64,000 nt of DNA from Selaginella moellendorffii (lineage: Eukaryota; Plantae; Lycopodiophyta), in assembly GCF_000143415.4 (NCBI RefSeq), contig NW_003314303.1, positions 209,589-273,588 of the forward strand, read 5' to 3'. Below the pieces are notes generated by a model. The model had not been told where the DNA came from. It ran no database searches and saw only the letters and a program-made list of their open reading frames with translations. This document shows, piece by piece, positions 47,801-59,700 of this stretch. Each line of letters opens with the position of its first letter. The stretch's first letter is position 1. Position numbers and translations under genes: made by a program.

Positions 47801-48702
47801 TTATACTGTGTCTATGTTCCTCATGGCATTAATAGCAATATTCTTGATAAATATTTTTTTCTTGCACATGTTGTAGTAAGTCACCAAAGTCTAGATAGCA
47901 TAGGCATGAATTTGAATGAAAAAAAAAAACAAAATAAAGATCAATAATTACAAATTAAGATGGCTAAGCATAAGAATCAGTTGCAAATCAAGCTACTGCA
48001 TTCACCACCACCGTGAATCAAGTTGCCATGAGGGGAGCCATAGTGTCACTCCCCCTCACGTGGCAAAAGGGGTGGTAGCACTCACCACCACTCAAGAGGA
48101 AGCCACAATGCTACTCTCAGCTCAAGTGTTGGCACTTGCTATCATTTGGAGTTGCTATGGAGGGAGCCATAACATTGCTCCCCTTCATGCGGCGGCTCGA
48201 GTGTTGGTGCTCACACCACTTGGAGTTGCTGTGGGGGGAGCCATGGCATTGTTCGCTTTTATGCGGTAGAATGGGTGGTGGCACTTGCCACCACTTGAAG
48301 TGACTATGGGAGGAGCCACAACACTACTCCCTCTCACATGGTAGTGCACAATTCCTTTGGTCAAATTGCCATAACATTGCCTAAGCTCTCATGGCAGATC
48401 AAGCTTGCTCAACTCAGGCCACTATAGCACTACCTAAGCTTCCATAGTAGATTGAGCTTGCCTAACTCAGGCCACTATAGTCGCCATGTAATGGGACATA
48501 GTGCTGTGGCTCCCTATAAGCAACTAAAGGGAATAACTTGAGAAATGATCAATTGGGGTTTAAATATAAAAAAAAAGGCTTATAAACAAGAGTGCACCCC
48601 TTTTCCAATTTAAGGGTCTTGGGATATTTGGGGTTAAATATCTTTGGGTTTGAATAATACTAGGCTAGGTGACCTCTCAAGAAGTCTAATCTCAAGAACT
48701 TA
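44828..48702. mobile_element. Long-TIR DNA transposon remnant(s), Mutator/MITE-like
   Basis: About 130 bp at 44830-44960 is an imperfect reverse complement of both 45020-45142 and 48575-48700 (core TAAGGGTCTTGGGATATTT); the interior is decayed, with no intact ORF. Confidence 0.6.
48000..48520. repeat. Degenerate tandem repeat array
   Basis: Recurring GTTGCYATGGRGGGAGCCA and CACCACTYGA motifs, and a ~54-bp duplication (AGCTTGC..AACTCAGGCCACTATAG). Confidence 0.6.
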
Positions 48703-51700
48703 CACTCCATGACAACATAGGCTATGGCATCTATGGCAATTTATCTACATGCTTGTTGCTCCTCACCACATTCAACTCATCTCTTGCTAAGAAACCCTAG
48801 CTATTAAGAACACTTACCCAATTGCTGACCTCAGCCCTAAAAACCCTTAAAACCTTCAAATCAATTTTGGAGAAAACAAAATAAAGTTATAACTAAAAGA
48901 ATTTACTATCATTAATGACTTGATTTTTCTTGTAAAATATGTTTTAATTTTCCCACATTTTATGAAGATCCAATAGTGAGTAATGTTGCAATAACAATAG
49001 TGAGATATCAAAGGAAGGAGTTAGTCACTAAAAATTGAGTCACTGATAAAGCATTTTTATATGCTTTCTTTGGGCTTCAACTTGATTGAATTAGAATGTT
49101 GTAAAAAGCTCAAGGTATATGGTCATTTTGGGTTTCTGTGACAAAGATATTTTTAGGAAAATATATATACACCAAATCCAATTGTAGAAGTAGAGTTTCA
49201 ACTATAAGAGTTTATGGTAGATTCAAATGATGGATCAATTCGGAGTAGAGAGGTTATTTCTTCAACGGCAAATGAGAAGGAGCTATGTGTATCCTTGGCA
49301 ATAGCAAACTCTTCAATGGCAAATTTAACAAAAAATATAGATATAGGAAAACATATGGGTAGTGGATTTATGTTTAAGCTACTAAAGCCTCTAAAATTTA
49401 TAAGCACTCTAATTTAAAGTACCAATGCGGAATTCTTGTGAATTGATCTTAACTTTCTAAAGACTATGATGGAGATTTGGTCCTTAAGCTTCTACCTTCT
49501 AAAAATTTCATGTAGGGGATATTGTCGCGAATATAACTTCGGGTATCGAAAGATATTTGTCGGTCAGTCCTTATGAACACTCTTTCCTTACTGCCATGAA
49601 GGCAAAAGGTCGGTACAATTAGTTCTCTTTATTGTTCCCGCTTGAGCTAGTTGAGAAACTGGTCAATGACTGCGTACTTAAATCAGATAAACATAAGGTA
49701 GGAACCCTATGTGTTTCTTGCTGAGCATACTCAGCCAGGTTTGAGAAACTTCTATTATTAGCTTGCACTTGCTAGTATCAAGAACTCTCGCGTATTGAGA
49801 CTAGTCCTTCAATATCGCTGAATGATAGCTTACCGTGTCTGCCAAACACCCTTGCTATCATGCCCTTTGTGTTGGTCTCATTTCAGTTCCAAATACTATT
49901 TATGGAAAGTGTCTAGATTCACTCATTTGGCATATCTATGGAATGTAGCGGTCGACCTGAACACAATGGTGTTCATCTCATGTCCAAATTCGCAATTTAG
50001 CGCCATTCCATATTTAGTAAGTTTTCGAGTTTATCCCAAAGATTAACTCCTGATACTAAGGGAGGTTTGGGGTGAAAGCCCAAAGCGTGTTCCTCAAGGG
50101 GGGGGGGGGATGTGGGGGGTTCCAAATGTATAGTAGGGATAGTGGTTGGAATGCATGTCTGACTATTTGAGACATTAGTTTAGCTCTCGCTTGGCTGTGT
50201 TGCTTTTTATTTTGTGTCTAGCTTGGGTCTAAGCCTAAGCTCCACACTGCTCTAGTTGGTGGGGTACCCTCCTCCTCGCATTAGGCCATCGGTATGCCAA
50301 AATTGTGCCAAACTCCGTCTGACACCATTTTGCGTGCAGGTGCTGGATACGGGGAGCTGGTGCTTGTGGGATTGTACCGGACCCTCATTTCATAGCGCAA
50401 CAGGCTTGGAGTTCAACTCCAAATTCAAGTGCACTACAGATATGTTAGGATTAGGATTAGCATATTTAGGTCAAACTTATGGTTTAGAGAGCTGAATAGT
50501 TTGCTAGAAGAGTCCAAATGAGTCAATGCTTCAACTTGGACTACCTATACTACAACCAATTTCAAGAGTTCACTTGCAAACAATTTCACTGCGTAAGCAA
50601 CTTGGTTTTGTGAAATGTCTCTTTTACAAGAAGTTTCCATAATATGAAAGAAAATGTGAAACTCACATCTTTTATATTGTCCCAAAAGATGTGACATTCA
50701 CTATAGTAACAATTCACATTGGTTAGCATAACCATTTAGTGGTGAGTGGGACATGCTTGGAATCTTTGGATGTGGCTACATCTACTCTTTCAAATATAGT
50801 AGAGAGCTCAACCTATAGTTATAACTACTAAAATAGTAAATGAGTTAATTCTTCAAAACTTTTTACAATCAATTTCAAACACTATGACACCTTCATCTTA
50901 ACAATTAAGTAAAGCACTAGATAGTCTTCTAGCACTTATCAACAAACAAAAGTAAAATCTAGTCACTTTGAAATATTATTTTGTACTTACTTTAAAATAT
51001 CTTTACAAGATACAAACTATGATAATCTATTTCTAAATTTGGGCAAATTGATGGCATGCAAAAGGATTTTCTTCTTTGGCTAGATTGGGTCATCTTTGTA
51101 ATAGGAATTTGTGCTTCTCCGGGCTTTGTTTTGAATGCCGTTTGTTTCTAGAGGTGCTCTTGATCCTAGGCTTTCCAAAAACTACCAACGGTGCTTTAGT
51201 ATTGATTTACATTAGTGACATGCACATGTTTTTCCACAATATTGGTGTTCTGGGCTTTTTTTTCTTGGATTTCAGGGAATATTGAGGTAGCTTCTTCACA
51301 AATTCCTGCAATAGAGGGTAGACAGGGTTGAGCCCTTTCCAACAAGCCCACCAACAATCAAAATGGGGAAGGATCAAGACCAAAAGACTCATTTTTCTCT
51401 TTTGGGCTAAACTTTGTTTTGAGTTCCTTGAGAATAAAGCAATCTTGAAGGAACAAGTAGGCGTAAAAATAGGAACAAGAGTTGGTATAGGAACAGGGAC
51501 AGTAGGAGTAAGCGTATGGATAGGAGTTAGTGTTGGAGCAGGCATAGGAGTAAGAGCGAGAACAAGGGATTACTAGTTACAGGTTACAAGTTCCTAGTTA
51601 CTGGTTACGAGTTACCAGTTACCATCTAGTCCAGCGGCTACTCTAGCAGTTACCCTAGGGGTCAATGGTTACGTGTGCTTGAGGCCTACATCACCCTTAT

Positions 51701-51992
51701 TTCTCTTCATCACAGGCATTTTGGGCAACTTTGAGCAACTTGAGCACAAGCTTGTAGTCTTCTTGTTCTTGTCAACCCAGTTGCCTTGACCAAGCATTTG
51801 CAGTGTTCAGGGTATTTGATGCCGATACAAACCAGATGTATGACAAATTGGCACCCTTTCACCATACCTCAAGGCCCTAAGGTACGGAGTAAACTTTCTA
51901 ACATCCAAAGGCAGCTTAGGTACTACATAACACCTTCTCGGGCCGAGTCCTCTTCATCCTCGGCAGATTCTAGTGACTTAGATCTACGAGCT

Positions 51993-54900
51993 ATGGCGTA
52001 GCCACCTTTAGCTTGACCTTAGCTCTATGTTCTGCAGAAGGGGAGTGATCTGTCGACCTTCTCAAGTGTTGGAACAATCTCTCTAACATTGCATATCAGT
52101 CGCTTTGATTACTATTGCACCACAAACATGATTGTTGATGATGATCGCATGTGCTGCGACTTCTTGCAGTCTCTCAAAGGCAAAGTAGCAACTTGGGCAG
52201 ATTCTCTCCTCCTAGAGGACTGAACAGACTTCTAGACACTACTTGCTTCTTTCAGTGAATGTTTCGTTGAAGAAAAACCCACAAGTCGGCTACTTGTCGA
52301 CCTCTTTTCGTTCCAGCAGGGTGTTCATGAGTCTGTTCCTGACTACATCACCCGGTTTCGAGTATACTGGAAGCAGTGTTGGGATCATAGAGTAGTCCAA
52401 AATGAGCAACAGGGGATCACGGAATTCACAGTGGGTCTGTGTGGGAACTTGCAATGGAAACTTCTTAAGAAGACATTTAGGTCTTGCTGTAAGGCATTTT
52501 CATTTGCTATGAAGCTGGAAAGAGAGCTTTTTGTCGACCTGAGGATTGCCAGAGTTGATTTCGACCAAGCCATCACTTCATCAGAGTCACCTTGTGCAAC
52601 TATTCACCTATCCACAACAAAGCCCGTTGCTATCAAGCATACACCTCTGGCTATTGAGAACTTTGCCAACGAGATGCGGCAGCTGAAGGAGATCATTCTT
52701 CAGCAGCAATCACACCATGATAAACTACTCCAGGAGCTGGTGGAGTCCAGGAAAGAGGTTGCTACAGCTCGGGAATGCAGATTTAAGTCCCGTTAGTGCA
52801 CTCACTACGAGACAAACACACATAACACGCAGCACTGCTTCAAACTTCACCTAGAGCTTTGGCCTCCACCTTCTCAATGTGTCCAACAACGTCCCTTTGC
52901 GGATAATTCCACATCATCTCGGGGTCTAAAGACATATCAGGAGCAGTTGGAGCGACAAGCAATTGAGGTAGCCCCTTCGTCAAGCAAAGGCAAGGTACCC
53001 ATCTCATCAGTCAACATAATTTTGGTAGCCGAGGAACTCTATAGGCAACAGTAGCAAACTATAGCCACTTGAGCCCAAGCGAAGAAGAAAGCAGCCGCTC
53101 AGCCTCCCATAGATCCCCCGGTGGCTTGTAAGCTCCCCTTCAAGTCACTACTTGCTTCTCCTCCTGAGATCTCACCAACAATTATTCCTGTTCTGGAGCC
53201 GGTTCTTCAACAGTTGGTTAACACTCCCATCACCTTTTCGCTCCGAGACATGTTGTGTCTTGTCCTGGGATTCAGCCAGCATTTAGAGGAGTTTGCATGG
53301 TCAGAAACACTAAAGAGCACTTTCAAGAGGACTCCTTAAGATGTGCACATTGTCGACATGACAAGATATGGTGGAGATCCTAGTCCATTCTTTGTCCCAG
53401 TGAAGATTGGTACTTCCTCTTGTAGGATGGATGTTTTGGTTGACTCTGGTTCTAGAAGCAACATTATCTCTCTCAAAGCTACCCTATCTATACTATCTAT
53501 ACACAACTGGTAGAAAAAATCAAGCCAATCAGACATGCTGCATGTGAGTTATGGCTCTTTGAGTTCAGAATTTCCTACTGTGGAGCCCTTGGTACAGATT
53601 CAAGTGTATTACATTGAAACTTTAGCACCAGACTTGGACTTGACTTCGGCGGAGGATCTTCCTTCACTTGCAAAGTACCTGGCTACAATCCTTGCATTGG
53701 ACATTGAGCGCTCAGAGCATCAGAAGCAAAGAGAACAACAGACAAAGACTCTGGATCCAATAGCAACGTTTTTTCCTGACTTGCCAAAGACAGTCTTGCC
53801 GGATGTGGTGTCCCTAACATCTTTATTTGAAGAAGAGGACACTCCTATGATTACAGCTTATTTTGACGGTGCTTTATGCCCCAAAAACCAAGTTGCCAAC
53901 ATTAGAGTTTGGATGATTGATTCTGTGGAGAACAAAGTAGCCAACCTCTCTATCACTTTGCCAGCAACATCAGCTAATGAAGCAGAGTACTTGGTGGCTA
54001 TTAGTGCCATGAAGTTAGCCACAGATCTCAAGTTTAGGCGTGTCACTTTCGTTGGAGATGCGCAACTCATCATACACCAACTTACTGGAGAATACCAAGT
54101 CCGCAAAGAGAACCTGAAAGAGCTATGGCAGTGGGTGGCCAACTTGAAGGATGAGTTCTCTCAGATGACTTTTCAATGTGTCCCTCGTGAAGAAAACTTT
54201 TGGGTGGATAGGTTATCACATCAAGCAATCACCATGATGTGAGAGGCAAAAGGCACTCCCTGCTCTTTGGTTTCCAAGGTCAGGGAGGAATCCAAGATAG
54301 ATGAACCCCCTGAGCCCAAGGTTTCTCTAGACTCCAGGGTTTATGCCGTTTTCCTAGGTGATGACAAGGACTCGGTCTTTATTGCCACATCGCTTGCTTC
54401 AACAAACGCAGCAAAGATCTTGAATCTCCTTCACCATTTCAAGGACGTGTTTGCTTGGGACTACAGCCAGCTTCTAGGAGTTCCCATGGACATGATCATG
54501 CACAGTATTGTGCTTTCAAAGTCAGCCAAACCAGTCCGTCAAAAGATGCGGTGTTTCATCCCGGTAGCTCACTCAGAGATGAAGTTGGAGATCGAGCGAC
54601 TTCTGGTAGCCAGCTTTATTTACCCTTTGGAGAGCTCAGAGTGGGTGGCCAATCTCATCCCTGCATGCAAGGCAAATGGAAAACTCTGCTATGTGTTGAC
54701 TTTCGAGACTTGAACAAGGCAATTGCGAAAGATCACTTTCTAACTCCATTTATCGATGCGATTGTGGATAAGATGGCCGGACACCATTACTACTCTTTCA
54801 TGGATGGCTTTTTAGGGCACAACCAGATCTGCATTCATCCTGATCATTGAAATCTTACGGCCTTCCGGACATCTTGGGGCATCTTCACTTTCAACGTCCT

Positions 54901-57055
54901 CCCATTTGGCTTGTGTAATGCTGGAGCTACGTTTTAGCATTTTATGACCCACGCCTTTCATGACTTGATTGGAGGCACCTTGAGGGTGTATATGGATGAT
55001 CTATGCATGACCTCTAACTCCTTTGAGGACCACCTTGTGCACTTGGAGCAGATCTTCACTTGATGCCGACAACATAGGTTTTCATTGAACTCAACAAAGT
55101 GTAAATTCAAGGTGATTGAAGGCCGGTTGCTAGGCTTTGATGTCTCACAGGATGAGATCAAGCCCCAAGTAGACAAGGCTTAGGAGATTCTGGATCAAAA
55201 CCCACCAACCAACATGAAGCAACTTTGCAACTTCCTTGGGCAAATGGGTTTCTTTCGCCATTTCCTCCACAACTATGCTGCATGTTCACGGCCTCTAATA
55301 GCTCTGCTACAACAAAATGTTCCATTTGTCTAGAGTGAGTCCCAGCAACAAGCCTTTGAATCACTAAAGTAATCACTCTGCACGGCCCTGGTACTCCAAC
55401 CACCAGAACGACAACTTCCTTTTGACATTTATGTCACAACGGGTACAGAGGCTTTTGGAGTATGCCTTTGCCAAAGTGCACAGCCTGGCAAGCCACCACA
55501 TGCAACATACTATGCCTCACATTTGTTCAAGGAGACTGAGAAGAAGTATGTTGATGCAAAAAAAGAAGTAGTGGCTGTTGTTTACACCTTGGAGCGATTT
55601 CGTCACTTTCTCGCTGGAGCCTGTATCCATTTCCACGTCTATTTTAAATTGTTGACCTTTCTTTTACAGCGACCGGTTTATAGTCCTTCTACTTTATCTT
55701 GGATTGTAACCATCTAAGAGTTCCAGCCAACTTTTCACACGCGCCGGAAGTGTGTGATGGATCTGAGCGAGTTTCTGGTTGCTGAAGCTACTTCCTTTGT
55801 GGTCCCAGCAGCATTACAGGACATTGTAGTGTACCTGGATTCAAGTCAGTTCCCAACAGATTCCTCACCAGTGCAACAAAAGGCATTGGAGATCCGAGCA
55901 CGGGGGTTTTGCCTTCTCGATGGACACCTTTACAGGAGAACTTCTCAGGAAGTTTTGTTGTGGTGTGTGGGTGAACATGAGGTCCCTGAGCTCCTTCACG
56001 CTTTTCACTCTTGTGCAGGGCATTTCTCGGGATGGGTCACAGCACAGCTCCTCTTGTGCTATGGCTACTTTTGGCCTTGGATTCACCAGGACAGCTTGGC
56101 CTATGCCAAGGCATGTGAGCAGTGTCAACGGTTCAACCCCCAAAGCCACATTCCATATCTTCCTTTCCAGCTCATCACTTTTCTAGGTCCCTTTTTCCAG
56201 TGGGGACTTGACTTCATTAGCCCGATCAACCCACCGAGCTCAAATGGACAGTGATACATCATTGTGGTGACAAACTATTTCACAAAATGGGTTTAGGCCA
56301 CCCCTCTATGACAGGCAAATCAACAATCTATAGCAAAGTTTGTCTACGAGTACATTATTTGTCGATTCAGAGTTCCTACCGTTTTGATTTCCAATCGTGG
56401 CAGCAGCTTCCTTGGACAAGTGATGAAGCATCTTCTCCAATGGCTGCAAGTCAAGCACATAAAGAGCAGCAGCTATTATCCTGAGTGCAATGGCCAAGTC
56501 GAGTCCAGCAATAAGATATTGAAAACAGTCATCTCAAAGCTTATGGAGGATCACCCAAGGTGTTGGCACGAGCACTTAGTTACGGCGTTATGGGCCTTTC
56601 GGACGTCCTTCAAGACATCCATCTTTGCGACCCCATTCTCCCTTGTCTATGGGACAGAGGCCGTGCTTCCAGTGGAGATCCAGGTGCCATCACTCTCACT
56701 TTCACTTCGACACGCAGCAGCGATGCAGCTTAGTGATGAGGACAAGCTTCATGCACATGACTTGGAAGTTTTTCCCTTGGAAGAACAGCAACGATCCACA
56801 TCGGAACATCTCCTTTAAGGCAAGCAGAAGATCAATTCAGTCCTTGATCACCAGCGGTTTGCCGAACCATTCGAGGATGGCAATCTTGTTCTACTCAAGG
56901 AGTTTACGCCGCCTTTGAAGTTCTCCCCTTGCTGGACCAGCCCCTACTTTGTCCAACAATACATCGGAGGTGGAGCATATGTGCTAGTTGATGCTGATGG
57001 ACGTGAGCTCCCACACGCTTATAACCACTCTCACCTCAAATGCTTCATCCGGTGA
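51993..57055 (+). mobile_element. Decayed Ty3/gypsy LTR retrotransposon, Tat-like; order gag-PR-aRH-RT-RH-INT
   Basis: gag with degenerate zinc knuckle (CTHYETNTHNTQHC, ~52797); PR VLVDSGS at 53433; archaeal-type RNase H 53850-54240; RT (VFAWDY, CVDFRDLNKA, MDGFLG, VYMDDL ~54990); RH ~55400-55720; INT (HSCAGH..CEQC, WGLDFI, YPECNGQVE); many stops and frameshifts. Confidence 0.92.
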
Positions 57056-59199
57056 GGCGTTCCTCTTCTCTTTTTTTCTATTCCTTCTTTTCTTTCACTT
57101 TACTTTCATGATTCTTTTTCTTACTTTTAGGGGGTGTTTCTCCATTGGACCATGGCCCATGCCTTGGATTTCGTGCTCAGGCTGCATTGCTGTTTGTATG
57201 GAGGTTCCTTGCTTGGCTCGGTCTATGTTCTAGGTTCTCTAGCCCTTCCCGTACCATCACTAAACCCCACACATTTCCCACACTCATTCCGTATCATCTA
57301 CACTCACAGTTCCATCACCAATCACTTCCAGAAGCGTTGCCCACACTTATCTCTAGATGCCCATCTTGCATCTTTCATTCTTTTACCATCATTCACACCT
57401 CTGTTTGAGGTCACATTTACACCATACCATGGACACACATACATGCACTAGTAGCAAAAGACACCACCTCATTTAGACGTGCCATTTCCAAGATATCCTT
57501 ATGACCATTTGCCGACAACACACTAGCTTTTCTGGAGTGACTTTGTTCACTCAAGGCACCTAGGTGGATCTTTAGGCAAGGCCACAGAAGCTGAAGTCAC
57601 TTTCTTCTGCTCTAGCACTCAGTGGACACATGCCACCTCTCTTTACCGGTAACCTAGCGACTACGCTATCCTTTTCAGCTGCTGACTTCTTCAATCCGAC
57701 ACATCAGACTGGCCACCTTCTCAGAGTGCCACCACCATTTTGGCGCTCCACCATATCAGTGCTAGAGCAGGCGCAGGAGTAGGAGCGAGAGCACGTGGTT
57801 ACTGGTTATAGATACCCGGTTATTGGTTACCGGTTACCGGCTACTCTGAGAGGTCAGCGCTTATTCTACGGGCCAACAGCTATCAATGGCCACCTTTTCA
57901 GAGTGCCACCACCATCTCGGCACTCCACCACATCACTCCATCTTTCATCATTTCCACACTTACCACCCTTGGGCAGTGTATCCCCTCTTCCACCTCTCTT
58001 TTTTTCTAAAATTTGGCCAATCCTTGGAGCATATCAGAAGTTATCAAGAGGCTACATTTGCATATTACACTTTCTGAGCCAAAATCCAGATACGGGTTAA
58101 GTTCTTTGGGTACTCACTCTTTTTCCTCTATTTTCCTCCTCTTTTCACGCTTTTTCTGCACTTTTTCTTCAACTTCAGGGTCCAATTTGACTATAAGGTT
58201 TCCCACAAGGTTTTCCTCCCTGTCTCTAAACTTCATACCTACCTTTTTTCTCCCCTTTTTCACTTTGTTTTCTAGAGTTTCTACTATTTCACACAGCTAC
58301 CAACACTTGGCATTAGTAATAGAGGTACACTCTACACTCTTCGGCTGGTTCTTGCACGTCTGGAGCCAGCACGATCCACCATGGTCATGAGTCATGCATA
58401 GTGCCAATTCATGGCATCCATCATATGTTCCAGACCTGAAGATGGGTCTTTGGTTAGGGTCAAGTCTCAAGGAATGTTGACTGTAGTGGCATCTTTGGAT
58501 GTAGTAGTTACACTACATGGTGAGCTAATTTATATCTTATCCCTGGTCATATGTCCTTAGTTAGGTTGAGTCCTAAAACTAGAGTATAAAGGTAGGGTGT
58601 TGACAAGTAAAGGAGATTCTAAGTAAGCTCAAATAACTACATTATATATCTCTAACCCATGTTAGGTGAGGAGGCAAACAACAATTTGTCCTCCTTCAGT
58701 TTGCTTCCGAAAGTGGTTCTAGTATGGAAGAAGTGGTGGAGGACAATGTTTTGCCTGTAAGCAGAAATTTCATACTTATATCTGTAATTTCTTAATTTCT
58801 CATGCATTTGAGACTTCACTAGTCCAGACTCATTTGCCATCTGGTTACATCTCAAGATTCTTTAAAAAAAAACTACAAGGTACCTAGCAAACTACTTCCA
58901 AATTACAAGGCCAATTTTGTGCAAATATATGTGCATTGTCATTCTGAATTGGAGGGTGAAGGAGATATTGAGTCAGGTTCAGACTAATGTAGCTATAAAT
59001 CATGCTGGCACAAACTGGGGTATTATTAACTCCTGGTTTAGTTGTTGAAATGCAGGATATAGATTTAGCTGATAGCAAGTTCACAAAGCATTGGCAATGC
59101 ATGATCTAATAAAATAGAGGCACTTGTTTAGAATTCAACAACAAATTTACACTTACACGTTATGCTATATGGATTGTGAGTATATTTCATTGTATTTGT

Positions 59200-59700
59200 G
59201 AAGACTTAAACATTCACCAGGGTAACATATTGCAAGCTTATGGATTCATATTCATGCTTTGATATGTGGGGGGACTTATATAGTAACTTGTAAGCTATCA
59301 ACCACAAAACAAACACATACAATTTTTAACACATATGTATGGGTTGTATGCAGATTTGGCTGGCCTAAATGCATTAGGAGTGACAATGCTCCTGAACATA
59401 ATATGGTAGAAAATGATATGGAATGTTCTTGGGGTCCTTAAAGCAAGAGTTTTATTCATGGGACATCAACAAGAAACTAGGTCTACATTTAATATTTTGT
59501 TGTGCATGTTCATCACCACCCTTGTAGCACATCAAGCACTTCTGGTGTGAATTATACAAGTTCGTGGTGTAGAGTCTATAGAGTATATTGGCATATTGGA
59601 TGTTTCCAATGCATGACACAAGTACAGTCTGCAATATGTTTTTATGCCATATCTTGCCAAAGATATACCTCATTAGGTTGTTATTTGGAAGTTACACAAA
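59200..59700 (+). mobile_element. Decayed integrase-core DDE transposase, IS3EU-like, with a 47-nt intron
   Basis: IHALICGG..TIFNTY..FGWPKCIRSDNAPEHNMVENDM..WG..SFIHGTSTRN*|HIKHFWCEL..LQYVFMPYLAKDI..WKLH; GT-AG intron 59481-59527. Confidence 0.55.

Noticed and set aside
51207-51576. Pro/Thr-rich antisense ORF upstream of gag
   Set aside because: Low-complexity 6-nt periodic sequence; a real extra ORF cannot be supported from one decayed copy
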